Positions 27,997 through 37,614 of a stretch of 64,000 bases of DNA are shown piece after piece. The translations under genes were made by a program, and so were the position numbers. This stretch comes from an uncultured Thermotogae bacterium (GTDB lineage: Bacteria > Bipolaricaulota > Bipolaricaulia > UBA7950 > UBA9294). The notes beneath the pieces were generated by a model, which ran no database searches, was not told the DNA's origin, and saw only the letters and a program-made list of their open reading frames with translations. The number at the start of each line of letters is the position of its first letter. Position 1 is the stretch's first letter. The stretch spans positions 39,779-103,778 of the forward strand of contig CAZLER010000001.1 of assembly GCA_964558595.1 (NCBI GenBank), given 5' to 3'.

Positions 27997-28667
27997 CCTC
28001 GATCGGGCGCGGCGGTCGCCGCCTTCACGAACTCCGACAGCCGATGGCCGGCAAGCGAAGACACCACCCGATCCGCCTCCGGGAACGCCAGGTGGCAGGT
28101 CACCGGATTCGGCACCGCGACGCAGTACAGTCCCGCCGCCTTGGCCGCCGCCACGCCACGAACCGAGTCTTCGAACGCGATGGCCTCCGCCGGTGTCATG
28201 CCGAGTCGATCGAGGGTGACGGCGTACAGGTCGGGGGCGGGCTTGGTCGCGGCCACCTCCTCGGCGCACACCACGACCGCGAACCGGTCCCGCAAGCCGA
28301 TCGCCGTCAGATGCCCGATGACCCAGCGGCGGTCCGAGCTGGAGGCGATGCCCAGCCGAATCCCGACATCGTCCGCGTCGTCGATCAGTTCCCGCACGCC
28401 GGGGAGGACGCGCTCCCGGCGGAGCAGCTCCAGCTCCCGCGTCGACCGTCGCCGCCGTAGCGCTTCGCGATCCACCGGCCGTCCAAGATGACGCTCCAGC
28501 CGCTCGTACGCCTCCTCTGGATCGGATGACGAACCGATCAGCTCGGCCCAATCCGCTCCCGTCACCGTCAGGCCGTGTTCGGCGTAGATCTCGCCCCACG
28601 AGCGCTGAAACGGCGTCTCCGTGTCGAGGATCAATCCGTCGAAATCGAGAATCGCTGCTTTGATCAC
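27993..28667 (-). CDS. HAD-superfamily hydrolase (beta-phosphoglucomutase-like subfamily IA)
   Basis: 224 aa; motif I AILDFDGLILDTE. Confidence 0.8.
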   Translation of the reverse strand: MIKAAILDFDGLILDTETPFQRSWGEIYAEHGLTVTGADWAELIGSSSDPEEAYERLERHLGRPVDREALRRRRSTRELELLRRERVLPGVRELIDDADDVGIRLGIASSSDRRWVIGHLTAIGLRDRFAVVVCAEEVAATKPAPDLYAVTLDRLGMTPAEAIAFEDSVRGVAAAKAAGLYCVAVPNPVTCHLAFPEADRVVSSLAGHRLSEFVKAATAAPDRG

Positions 28668-28880
28668 CGTCGCCTCCCGGTCGGCTGCCGCAGCTCCTCA
28701 GCATACGAGCCGTTCGCCTGGCCGTCCATCTCCAACCGCCCGGTACGCTCACCCTCACAGGACGAGCGCGCCACCCTCATCGACCGAGCAGGGCTGCAAG
28801 CCCTGGGACGTCGTACAACGCGTGCAGCACGTCAGATGCTGCGAAAGGAGGCTGCGCTGCCTGCTCGAACGTTTCGTCGA

Positions 28881-29426
28881 TCAGTCCCTGAAGATCATCC
28901 GCCGGTAGAGCCGCAGCTCCTCGATCGATTCCCGGATGTCACCGCTTGCCCGGTGTGGGACCCCCTTGTCCAGGATGGCCACCGTCCCCGGGAACCATCG
29001 AGCCGCCAGCTCGTTGATCGCGCTGACGTCGATATTGCGGTGGCTCAAGTGGGCGTTGAGCTCCGGCATGTAGCGCATCAGAAACCGGCGGTCCAGCAGG
29101 ATCGAGTTACCACACAGTGGCGCGACGCCCCGATGGGTGTGCCTGCGCAGGAAGGTCAGCGTCTGCTGCTCGGCCTCCTGCAGGGAGATGTCGGAGGCTC
29201 GCGACGCCTCCAGCAGCCCGGAGAAGCCATGCTGCTGCTCGCACCACGGATCGATCCGCTCCAGGATCTCGTCGGGTTGGTGGATCACCAGCACCGGGCC
29301 CTCGCCGACGACATGCAGATCCTTGTCCGTCACGATGCTGGCGATCTCGAGGATCGTTCGCTTGGTCACGCTCAGGCCGGTGGTCTCGAGGTCGATCCAC
29401 ACGAGGTTGCTGCGATGTCGTGCCAT
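28881..29426 (-). CDS. orn: oligoribonuclease (DEDDh 3'-5' exonuclease)
   Basis: 181 aa; LVWIDLETTGL exo I motif, ..HRASGDIRESIEELRLYR.. exo III. Confidence 0.85.
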   Translation of the reverse strand: MARHRSNLVWIDLETTGLSVTKRTILEIASIVTDKDLHVVGEGPVLVIHQPDEILERIDPWCEQQHGFSGLLEASRASDISLQEAEQQTLTFLRRHTHRGVAPLCGNSILLDRRFLMRYMPELNAHLSHRNIDVSAINELAARWFPGTVAILDKGVPHRASGDIRESIEELRLYRRMIFRD

Positions 29427-29625
29427 GGCGAAACGGCTCCTTCCCCGCCAACCTTATCCCCCGCCGCGCCCATCGACCACCTCGCGCACCTCCGCGGCAT
29501 GCAGGATGCCCTGAGGTGATGGAGCTTGGAAGGGGAGGCGTGGCGAAACGTTGTCGGGGCAGCGGCGCGCGGGGCGCTCGTCGGCCCGGTTTCGGCGCTC
29601 CGGGGTCGGCGTGTATCATCGGGCC

Positions 29626-30363
29626 ATGCCCGCGCCGCTGTGGAGACCCACTCACCGACCCGTCCGCGCCATCCTGCGTGGACTCATCCGGTTCGCGTTC
29701 GCCGTCCTCGCCCGCCTAACCATCGAGGGTCGCGAGAACATTCCCCCCCACGGACCCCTCCTCGTGGTCGCCAACCATTTTCACTTCACCGATCCGGTTG
29801 CGGTGATCCGCGCCATGCCATGGCCGCTCGACTTCATCGGGGGCGCTCGGATGCCTCACGCTCCCACCGGAGTCAAGTGGTTGACGAGCCTGTGGGGCAC
29901 GTTCCGCGTCCGGCGCGCCGGCTCCTCGCGGGAGGCGCTACAGACCGCGGAGACAGTGCTCTCCTCGGGGGGGGTACTCGGGATCTTCCCCGAGGGGGGA
30001 AGCTGGGCGTCCGTCCTCCGTCCGGCCCGTCCCGGCGCGGCGTACCTCGCGGCTCGGACCGACACGCCGATTCTGCCGATCGGCCTCGACGGCATGACCG
30101 AACTGTTCTCCAGTCTACGCCGGTTCCGGAGAGCCGAGGTGACGATCCGGATCGGCAAGCCGTTCGGTCCGTTCCCGCCCGCCCCGCGCGGGCGTCAAGG
30201 CCGCGCGGAGCTCGACCGGATCGGAGAGATTGTCATGCGTCACATCGCGGAGCTCATCGCTCCCGATCGCCGCGGCGTATACTCCGAGGATCCTGCGGTT
30301 CGTGAGGCGGCTCTTGAGGCCGCCGTCTATCCGTGGACCCGGAAACAGGGAGGTTCTCGATGA
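29626..30363 (+). CDS. lysophospholipid acyltransferase (PlsC-like, 1-acyl-sn-glycerol-3-phosphate acyltransferase family)
   Basis: ORF 29551..30363; ATG 29626; HxxxxD motif NHFHFTD, ..FPEGG.. Confidence 0.75.
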   Translation: MPAPLWRPTHRPVRAILRGLIRFAFAVLARLTIEGRENIPPHGPLLVVANHFHFTDPVAVIRAMPWPLDFIGGARMPHAPTGVKWLTSLWGTFRVRRAGSSREALQTAETVLSSGGVLGIFPEGGSWASVLRPARPGAAYLAARTDTPILPIGLDGMTELFSSLRRFRRAEVTIRIGKPFGPFPPAPRGRQGRAELDRIGEIVMRHIAELIAPDRRGVYSEDPAVREAALEAAVYPWTRKQGGSR

Positions 30364-31664
30364 TGGAGCAGCGAGTCGACAGGCGGGCACGAAGGGCATG
30401 GTATCTGTACGACGCGGGGAACTCGGCGTACGCAGCCGTCGTTCTCCTCGCGGTCTACGCGGCGTACTTCAAGGAGACCGTCGTCGGCGGGGCACTGGGC
30501 TCGTTCTTCTGGGGGATCGCCGTGACCACGGCCACCGCAATCGTCGCGCTCATCTCCCCGATGTTCGGCGCCGTCGCCGACGTCTCCGCCAGCAAGAAGC
30601 GGTTCCTCGCCGTGTTCACGGGGATCGCCTGCGGATTCACGGCGTCGCTGTTCTTCGTCACCGAAGGGGCGATCGCACTCGGCATGGCCCTGTTCATCCT
30701 GGCCGAGGTCGGCTACCGCAGCGGCCAGGTGTTTTACAACGCCTTTCTCCCCGAGATCGCGTCTCCACAGGAGATGGGGCGCGTCTCCGGCAACGGGTGG
30801 GCGATCGGCTCGGCGGGGGGCGTGCTGTGCCTGTTGATCGTCCTCGCAGCGGTCAAGCTCATCGGCGGGGCGTTCATCGCGCGGCTGTCCCTCGTGTTCA
30901 CCGCCCTGTACTTCGTGGCGTTTGCCGTACCGCTGTTCGCTCGGCTGCCGGAGCGGGGCGAACGTCGCCCGCTGCCGCGCGGCCGCGATCTGATCATGGT
31001 GCCGTTCCGCCGGCTGGCCGAGACGCTGCGGGCAGCCCGTGCACACCGGGAGTTCGGCAAGTTCCTGCTGGCGTTCCTCGTCTACAACGAGGGAATCCTC
31101 ATCACCTTGAGCTACGCGGCGATTCTGGGCACGACGCTGTTCGGCCTGGGAAGGGATCAGATCATCATCTTCATGGTGTTGGTCCAGGTCGCCAGCATCC
31201 CGGGCGCGTTCTTCCCCGGGTTGATGATCGGCCGCATCGGGTTCCGCTCAACGCTTGTCGTCTCGTTGGCGGGGATGATCGCCGCCGTCGTGTGGCTGTT
31301 CTTCACCGAGAGCGTGCTCGCGTTCTACTTCATCGGCGCGCTCGCTGGCTTCGCGTTGACCGGCGTCCAATCGGTCAGCCGGGCGACCGTGGCGATGCTG
31401 GCTCCGCCAGGACGGAGCGCCGAGTTCTATGGCTTCTTCGCCGTCGCCGGGCGGACATCGTCGGCGGTGGGACCGGCCGTCTTCGGTGCGATCGTCTACC
31501 ACGTCGCCAACCTCCTCGAGCGGGGCGGAGAGGCGACAGCGTTGGCCGAGAGGACGGCACACCGCTACGCCCTCCTATCGATCATCGGCTTCCTCGTGGC
31601 CGGTACCCTCATCCTGCTCACGGTGCATCGTCGCGCCGGACGCCCATCCGACGCTCTGCCTTAG
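30360..31664 (+). CDS. MFS transporter (UMF1/Atg22-like family)
   Basis: ORF 30333..31664; ATG 30360 overlaps upstream stop (ATGA); 12 predicted TM segments. Confidence 0.75.
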   Translation: MMEQRVDRRARRAWYLYDAGNSAYAAVVLLAVYAAYFKETVVGGALGSFFWGIAVTTATAIVALISPMFGAVADVSASKKRFLAVFTGIACGFTASLFFVTEGAIALGMALFILAEVGYRSGQVFYNAFLPEIASPQEMGRVSGNGWAIGSAGGVLCLLIVLAAVKLIGGAFIARLSLVFTALYFVAFAVPLFARLPERGERRPLPRGRDLIMVPFRRLAETLRAARAHREFGKFLLAFLVYNEGILITLSYAAILGTTLFGLGRDQIIIFMVLVQVASIPGAFFPGLMIGRIGFRSTLVVSLAGMIAAVVWLFFTESVLAFYFIGALAGFALTGVQSVSRATVAMLAPPGRSAEFYGFFAVAGRTSSAVGPAVFGAIVYHVANLLERGGEATALAERTAHRYALLSIIGFLVAGTLILLTVHRRAGRPSDALP

Positions 31665-31755
31665 GAGCCGTCGACTGGCCGCCACAAAAGAGCGCGGCAC
31701 GCGTCACCGCGCGCCGCGCCGATCATAGGTCATAGGTCGGTCGTCCTCGTAAACG

Positions 31756-31965
31756 CTACAGCGCTACGACGTCGAGCGCCTGCGGACCCTTCTGGCCCTG
31801 TCCCAGGGTGAACTCGACCTGTTGGCCGTCCTGAAGCGACTTGTAGCCCTCGCCGCGAATCGAGCTGAAGTGCACGAAAACATCTTCGCCGCCCTCGCGC
31901 TCGATGAAGCCGAAGCCTTTGTCGTCATTGAACCACTTGACGGTACCTGTCATCCGATCGGACAT
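31756..31965 (-). CDS. cold-shock protein (CspA family)
   Basis: ORF 31756..32058; ATG 31965 after RBS GAGGAGGGG; [21 protein letters not shown].. RNP1/RNP2 motifs. Confidence 0.85.
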   Translation of the reverse strand: MSDRMTGTVKWFNDDKGFGFIEREGGEDVFVHFSSIRGEGYKSLQDGQQVEFTLGQGQKGPQALDVVAL

Positions 31966-32294
31966 ATGGAACCCCTCCTCCATGCTGGGAGCCTTAGCGA
32001 AACAGAACGATCTCAGGATTTCAGGAATGATCCGGACTCCGAGAATGCGACTGCACAACTACCAACATTGATCTAAGCATACCTCCACCCGGCCTCCGGT
32101 GCAATCCCTCGTTCCATGGGACGAATTCAGCCGTTTTCGACCCATCACGCGAGTGCAGGCGGGGCGCTCTGCCCGAGAAGACCACCAAGAAGCCCACTCC
32201 GTACCCCCGCCTGCAAGGTGCCACCAGTACGCCTCATTCAAGGGCTCTGGTGGCGCCAATCTACCCCGCCGGGGCCATGGGAAGACAAGCGCCG

Positions 32295-32549
32295 TTATCG
32301 CCCGATGTCCGGGCCCTCCACATCGCGGGGCGAGATCGGCGCGAGCGTGTACCAGGAGCGGTTTCTGCACACGCAGTCGAGGCAAATCGGGCCGCTCTCT
32401 CGCAACACCGTTTCGGTCTCGGGGTTCGGTAGGTGCACAACCGGCTCGGCGTCGGTCCCGCAGATCCGGCACCCCCGAACTTGGACGCCCGCCAGGCTGG
32501 CGTAGCGCACCGAGAACGGACAGCTCTCGAAGTCAACGATCTCCCACAT
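32295..32549 (-). CDS. hypothetical small zinc-ribbon protein (CxxC..26..CxxC)
   Basis: C-terminal 84 codons of ORF 32295..33815 after DUF4389 stop: MWEIVDFESCPFSV..RGCRICGTD..GPICLDCVC..; protein-like composition unlike other frames; start uncertain. Confidence 0.35.
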   Translation of the reverse strand: MWEIVDFESCPFSVRYASLAGVQVRGCRICGTDAEPVVHLPNPETETVLRESGPICLDCVCRNRSWYTLAPISPRDVEGPDIGR

Positions 32550-32698
32550 CCCAAACGCCTGGTGGTAGATGACCTCCCATCGCCTCTCGTCCGGGCCCAG
32601 AGGAATCGTGGCATCATCGCCACCTCCCTTGACCGTCCGTCCCCCACCAGGCGGGGTCGAACCCTGGCCGCCGACGGGGGTGCCAGCACCCTCCTGGT

Positions 32699-34012
32699 TC
32701 AGGCGTCCAACCGGAACGGCGGATACTCGTCGGTCATCAACGCCGCGTAGGCCAGCACCCTCAGCGTCCATCGATTCATCCCCACGACCAGACGGAAGAT
32801 GTCCTTCGGATAGCGACCGGTGAACAACAACGTCACCCCGGCGAATAGCGCCAAGAGGGGGGTAAGCCCCAAACGGTAAAACCCGTAGCCCCCCTGGAAT
32901 ACCGCAACGATGAGGTAGTGAGGCACCGCCAGCAACCACCATTTCACCAGCGCCAAACCCGGCGACAGCCGCTCGGGATAGACGACGTCGAGATCGGCCG
33001 GATACCCGCCGGCCTCGAGGCTGAACGGCGGATACGCATCGGTGGCCAACGCCGCGTAGCCGTAGAACGCAACCCGCCACGACCACCGCAGCACACCGAC
33101 GTTGTAATCGAACAGGCCCCGCGGGTAGCGCCCGGTGAACAGGATCGCGAACAATGACAGGATCCACGAGATGGCGAACCCGCACCAGAGGAACCCGAGG
33201 ACGACGAAGTGGGGGATCAACAGGAACCACTTCACCAGCCACAGCGCCGGGGCGAGCGGTTCGGTCAGTTCCGCCTGAAACGCCAGGGGGTACTCGGCCG
33301 GCGACACCGTCAACTCGCCAACGGACGGCGTCTCCGCCAGTCGGGAGCGGGTCCCGCGGGCGACCAACAGCACGATCAGCACCCCGAGTCCGGTGAGCAG
33401 CACCCCAGCCGCAAGCAGGCCGATCCCCACCGCGAGCAGCCACGGGGCTTCGGCAGCGACCGTCCCCGTGACGTCGATCCCTCGGCTGCCGTCGGCGTTC
33501 ATCACCGCCAACGCCCAATCGCCCGGCTCGATCCTCCATTTCAACGTCTGGGTTCCGTCGCCCTGGACGCTGGCCTGCCAGAACGGCTCGCTTGCGGGCG
33601 GCGCAGGTTCGTCCGTCCCAGCATGCTGCTCGACCTCGACGCTCCAGACGCCCTCCTTCCGACAGCTTCGGAAGTCGACGCTCTCGATCCTCGCGTAGCT
33701 GACGTCGGACAAGTAGTCCTCGAGTTCGGCGCGGGGAGCGATCCCCAAGAAGAGCGGACGATCGCCGCTCATCCGGATCCGCACCGTCGTCGGATGACGG
33801 TACCACCAGATCCACTCCCCCTCGAACAGCGCCTCGCCCACGATCGCGTAGACGTCGCGCTCCAGCGTGCCGCGCGGCGAGGTGAGGTAGCCCTCGTCAT
33901 CGGTGAAGGTCGTATCGATCCCCATCAGGGCCCCACCGCCGAACATCAACGCCACACCGATCGTTACGATCAAGCTGCCAATCACCAGCAGGACGATCTT
34001 CCCTGCACGCAT
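32699..34012 (-). CDS. membrane protein with N-terminal TM + extracytoplasmic domain and two C-terminal DUF4389 repeats
   Basis: ORF 32699..34099; ATG 34012 (RBS AAGGGGGAG); repeats ..LVKWFLLIPHFVVL..LFTGRYPRGLFD..TDAYPPFSL and ..LVKWWLLAVPHYLIV..LFTGRYPKDIFR..TDEYPPFRL. Confidence 0.65.
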   Translation of the reverse strand: MRAGKIVLLVIGSLIVTIGVALMFGGGALMGIDTTFTDDEGYLTSPRGTLERDVYAIVGEALFEGEWIWWYRHPTTVRIRMSGDRPLFLGIAPRAELEDYLSDVSYARIESVDFRSCRKEGVWSVEVEQHAGTDEPAPPASEPFWQASVQGDGTQTLKWRIEPGDWALAVMNADGSRGIDVTGTVAAEAPWLLAVGIGLLAAGVLLTGLGVLIVLLVARGTRSRLAETPSVGELTVSPAEYPLAFQAELTEPLAPALWLVKWFLLIPHFVVLGFLWCGFAISWILSLFAILFTGRYPRGLFDYNVGVLRWSWRVAFYGYAALATDAYPPFSLEAGGYPADLDVVYPERLSPGLALVKWWLLAVPHYLIVAVFQGGYGFYRLGLTPLLALFAGVTLLFTGRYPKDIFRLVVGMNRWTLRVLAYAALMTDEYPPFRLDA

Positions 34013-34161
34013 CCCTGGGCTCCCCCTTGTCCGATCCGCCAAATCACCAACGGACCACGTTCTTCGCAGCATCATAGCCCGCCAACCGTCGGCCGCCAAC
34101 CGCCGCTACCCCGATTGACGACTCGGCCGGCGGCGGGTACGGTGCACGCTGGAGGTGCGTC

Positions 34162-35283
34162 ATGAAGGGAGAGCCAATGGTCCCCCCGGTGGTCCATTCC
34201 GCGACCTACCGCTTCGGTACGAGCGCCGAACTCATCGATGTCGTCCAGCACCGCAGCGGCTACATCTACTCCCGCTGGGACAACCCCACCGTTCGCGAGA
34301 CGGAACGGCGACTCGCCGAGATCGAAGAGACCGAGGAGGCGGTCGCCTTCGCCTCTGGAATGGCGGCGATCACCAGTTCGATTCTCGCCCATGTGCGGCC
34401 CGGCGACCGGATCGCCGCGATCGCCACCTATGGGGAGACCGTCCGGTTCCTCGCCGACTACCTGCCGTCGATCGGCGTCGAGACCACCGTGCTCGGGGCC
34501 GACGAGGCCTCCGCCTGCCGGCAGATGCTCCAGCGGGGGGCGAAGCTGCTGTACCTGGAGTCGCCGATGAATCCGCTGCTGCGCGTACTCGATATCGAAG
34601 CGCTCGCCGTAGCGGCCCATGAAGGCGGAGCGCTCGTCCTGCTCGACGCCACCTTCGCATCCCCGGTCAACCTCCGCGCCCGACGTCTGGGCGCCGATGT
34701 GGTGCTCCACAGCGCCACCAAGTACCTCGGAGGTCACCACGATGTCACCGCCGGGGTCGCCTGCTGCAACGGGGAGATCGCTGAGCGCATCTGGAAGCTG
34801 CGCCGCATGCTCGGCGGCGTCCTCGATCCGACCCAGGCGTACCTGGTGTGGCGTGGCATGCAGACGCTCGATGTCCGAGTGGAGCGGCAAAATGCTTCGG
34901 CGGACCGGATCGCGCGTTGGCTGATCGAGCAGCCGGGGATCCGCGCCGTCCACTATCCCGGTCTGGACAGCCATCCCGACCATGCGCTGGCCGCTCGGCA
35001 GATGAGCGGCTTCGGCGGCATCGTCAGCTTCGAGCTGGAAGCGGACTACGAAACGACCGGGCGGTTCATGGACCAGCTACGGACGTTCAAGCTGGCCACC
35101 AGCCTGGGCGGGGTAACGAGCTTGGCCAACCAGTCGGTGACCAACACCCACGCATCGATGACGGATGCGGAGCGAGCGAAGGCCGGCATCGCCGACAGCC
35201 TCGTCCGGCTGTCCGTCGGTCTTGAGTCCATCGACGATTTGATCGCCGATCTCCGGCAGGCGCTCGAGGTCGCCGCCGGGTAA
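34162..35283 (+). CDS. Cys/Met-metabolism PLP-dependent enzyme (cystathionine gamma-synthase / methionine gamma-lyase family), second paralog
   Basis: 373 aa; HSATKYLGGHHD pyridoxal-Lys motif; RBS GGAGGTG. Confidence 0.85.
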   Translation: MKGEPMVPPVVHSATYRFGTSAELIDVVQHRSGYIYSRWDNPTVRETERRLAEIEETEEAVAFASGMAAITSSILAHVRPGDRIAAIATYGETVRFLADYLPSIGVETTVLGADEASACRQMLQRGAKLLYLESPMNPLLRVLDIEALAVAAHEGGALVLLDATFASPVNLRARRLGADVVLHSATKYLGGHHDVTAGVACCNGEIAERIWKLRRMLGGVLDPTQAYLVWRGMQTLDVRVERQNASADRIARWLIEQPGIRAVHYPGLDSHPDHALAARQMSGFGGIVSFELEADYETTGRFMDQLRTFKLATSLGGVTSLANQSVTNTHASMTDAERAKAGIADSLVRLSVGLESIDDLIADLRQALEVAAG

Positions 35284-35381
35284 CTCCGCGGCAGCACGCA
35301 CCGCGACGGGGCCTGCATCATCCCGGGAGAAGCCGTACCGGCCCGGACGACGTCAGACGTTCATCCGGGCCGGAGAATCCG

Positions 35382-37514
35382 CTATCCCGTCAACCGTTCG
35401 ATGACGTCGTTCGTCAGCGTCACCATCCCCTCGTCAGCGATGCGGACGAAGCGATCGCCGACCGCCACGATCGCCCGGTCGCCCACCGCCAGGTGGGGCG
35501 CGATCCAGGGGACGAGCTCGGCCAGGCGGAAGTACGCATCGCTGAACACGACGATGTCGATCGTCTCCTCGTCCTCGTACGCACTGTCGACCCAGACGCC
35601 ATCCCGGCTGTAGTACGTGCGATCACCGACGGTCCGCACCCCTTCGACACCGGACTGCACCGTCGCCCCTTCGGACAGCGTCTTGAGCGCCGCCGCGCCA
35701 GCGACCGCGTTCGCCCCTACCACCGGAGCCGCAGCAGCGTTTCGCACTGCCTCGGCGGCCTCCGCCTCCGTCTCGACGTCATCGTCGACGAGGAACGAGG
35801 TGTAGGGGGTGATGATCCCGTACCGGCGACTGAGAGCGATCACCGCGTCGACGAGCTCATCACTCTCCCCGTACAGGCGGATCTGCTGCAGCAAGACCGA
35901 CACCTTGCGCCCGGCCCACAACCTGGGCAGGAACACATGTTCGAGAGCGACCTCGGGAAACGCCTGCACGGTGGTAAACGAGATCGCTGCCCCCGCTGCG
36001 TGCCCGGCGATCGTCACCGGGAGTTCGCCGCTGCCGCTGTATCGCCCGACGACCAACAGCTGCGTCCCGCGGAACAGGTCCGGAAGCCCCGTCGGGTGGA
36101 CGTCGTACGTCTCCAGACCCTCTATCGCGAGACGAGGCTCGGCGAGCACCGGCGAGGCGATCTTTCGGTAGAAGCCGGACAGGACCACCTCCAGGTTCTC
36201 GCCGGGCAGCACATACGTCGCCGTCCCGCGGTTCTCCCGCGCCAGCTGATCGAGCAGCACGGTGTTGACGTCGTAGCCGACGCCGAAGGCGAACACGCGC
36301 GCGTCGGCGTCGTTGGCCGCCAGGGCGTGAGCGGCGATCGCCGCGGGCTCGGTCACTCCCACCGTCGGCTCACCGTCGGTGAGGAAGATGAGGAACCGGG
36401 GACGGTCGTTCGACTCGAACAGCGCCATCGCCGCGGACAGGGCGTCATCGATATTCGTCCCCCCTTCCGCTTCGATGGCCGATGCCCACGTCGTGGCTGC
36501 CTGCACGCTCGCCGGCGTGACCTCGACGAGGTGGGGATGCAGGGCCCGCACCGCATCGGAGAACGCAATCACGGCGAACCGATCGTCGGGGTGGAGGTTG
36601 GACACCACGTAGCGTAGTGCCTGCTTCGCCTGTTCGATCTTCTCGCCGTGCATGCTGCCCGAGCTGTCGAGGACGAAGACGAGGTCCTTGGGAAGGGCGA
36701 CAGCCGTGGTGTCCGACTCCGGAGGCGTACCGATCAACAGGAAGTAGCCGTCCTCGTCGGGGAGTCGATACGTCAGCATCGTCATCCCCATCCGATCGCT
36801 CGATACCGAAAGGTAGAGGAGGAAGTCCTCCGTCGGCAGGACGCCGTGCGCCTCGTAGCGGGCCGTGGCCGCGCGGGTTCCGGCGCGGACGACGTCCAGT
36901 GGATGGGTCGGCGAGTAGATGGCCTGCAGCGGTCCGGTGGTCTGCACATCGACGGCGAGCGTTGCCCGTTCGAGGGGCCGGGCGGAGAACCGCTCGGTGT
37001 CGAGGGGATATCGATACCGGTACGTCCCACTCTCCGCCGTCAGCAGCTCGGTGTACGTGATCTCGATCCGACGCTCGCCGCCGGCCGGGATCGGGTAGAT
37101 CCGCGCCGATAGCGTGTCGCGGCCGACGTACTCGAGCAACGCCGGATCGATCATCCGTCGAACGTAGTCTTCGTAGATCGCCCGCGCGTCATCGGCCTCG
37201 AGGAGTCGTGCCTCGAGGGCATCCCCGTCGACCCACATCGTGAACGCCGACACCACAGCCCCCGGAGGAAGCGGAAACACGTAGCGTCCTTCGATGTCGC
37301 GATGGGTGTCGTTGCGGAACAGCTGGTCCACCTGGGTGGTGACCACGCCGTCCCGGATCGTGATCTCGACGTCATGGTGCACAATCGACAACCAGCCCTG
37401 TTCCGGAAGATCGGGGAGGATGACCCCGTCGGCCAACACCCCTGCGGACGAGCCGATCATGAGCCCGACCGCCAGGAGGATCGTTCGTTTCAGGTTCCGA
37501 CGCAGCATGAACAT
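35382..37514 (-). CDS. secreted VIT-vWA domain protein
   Basis: ORF 35382..37805; ATG 37514 with signal peptide MFMLRRNLKRTILLAVGLMIGSSAGVLA; VIT-like N-domain; vWA MIDAS DSSGSM..TNIDDAL..LTDGEPT. Confidence 0.75.
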   Translation of the reverse strand: MFMLRRNLKRTILLAVGLMIGSSAGVLADGVILPDLPEQGWLSIVHHDVEITIRDGVVTTQVDQLFRNDTHRDIEGRYVFPLPPGAVVSAFTMWVDGDALEARLLEADDARAIYEDYVRRMIDPALLEYVGRDTLSARIYPIPAGGERRIEITYTELLTAESGTYRYRYPLDTERFSARPLERATLAVDVQTTGPLQAIYSPTHPLDVVRAGTRAATARYEAHGVLPTEDFLLYLSVSSDRMGMTMLTYRLPDEDGYFLLIGTPPESDTTAVALPKDLVFVLDSSGSMHGEKIEQAKQALRYVVSNLHPDDRFAVIAFSDAVRALHPHLVEVTPASVQAATTWASAIEAEGGTNIDDALSAAMALFESNDRPRFLIFLTDGEPTVGVTEPAAIAAHALAANDADARVFAFGVGYDVNTVLLDQLARENRGTATYVLPGENLEVVLSGFYRKIASPVLAEPRLAIEGLETYDVHPTGLPDLFRGTQLLVVGRYSGSGELPVTIAGHAAGAAISFTTVQAFPEVALEHVFLPRLWAGRKVSVLLQQIRLYGESDELVDAVIALSRRYGIITPYTSFLVDDDVETEAEAAEAVRNAAAAPVVGANAVAGAAALKTLSEGATVQSGVEGVRTVGDRTYYSRDGVWVDSAYEDEETIDIVVFSDAYFRLAELVPWIAPHLAVGDRAIVAVGDRFVRIADEGMVTLTNDVIERLTG

Positions 37515-37614
37515 CGCCTCCGTAGAAGGAATCGGTGGATGTACACGTCGAATGCGATTCCGTTCGCTGCGCGAAACGGTTGACGGCGACGTCGCGGCAG
37601 CGGATCGTACGTTT

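Noticed and set aside
28789-28805. Perfect hairpin CAGGGC-tgcaa-GCCCTG between orn and the HAD hydrolase (and GC-rich inverted repeats at 31690-31715 and 44795-44815)
   Set aside because: No adjacent U-tracts on the transcribed strand; could be weak terminators or nothing; insufficient evidence to call.
32261-32689. 142-aa minus-strand ORF starting from the strong RBS+ATGATG near 32617
   Set aside because: Translation is Arg-rich junk (MMPRFLWARTRGDGRSSTTRR..); the overlapping zinc-ribbon frame is the protein-like one. The RBS/ATGATG is noted instead as a possible indel signature.
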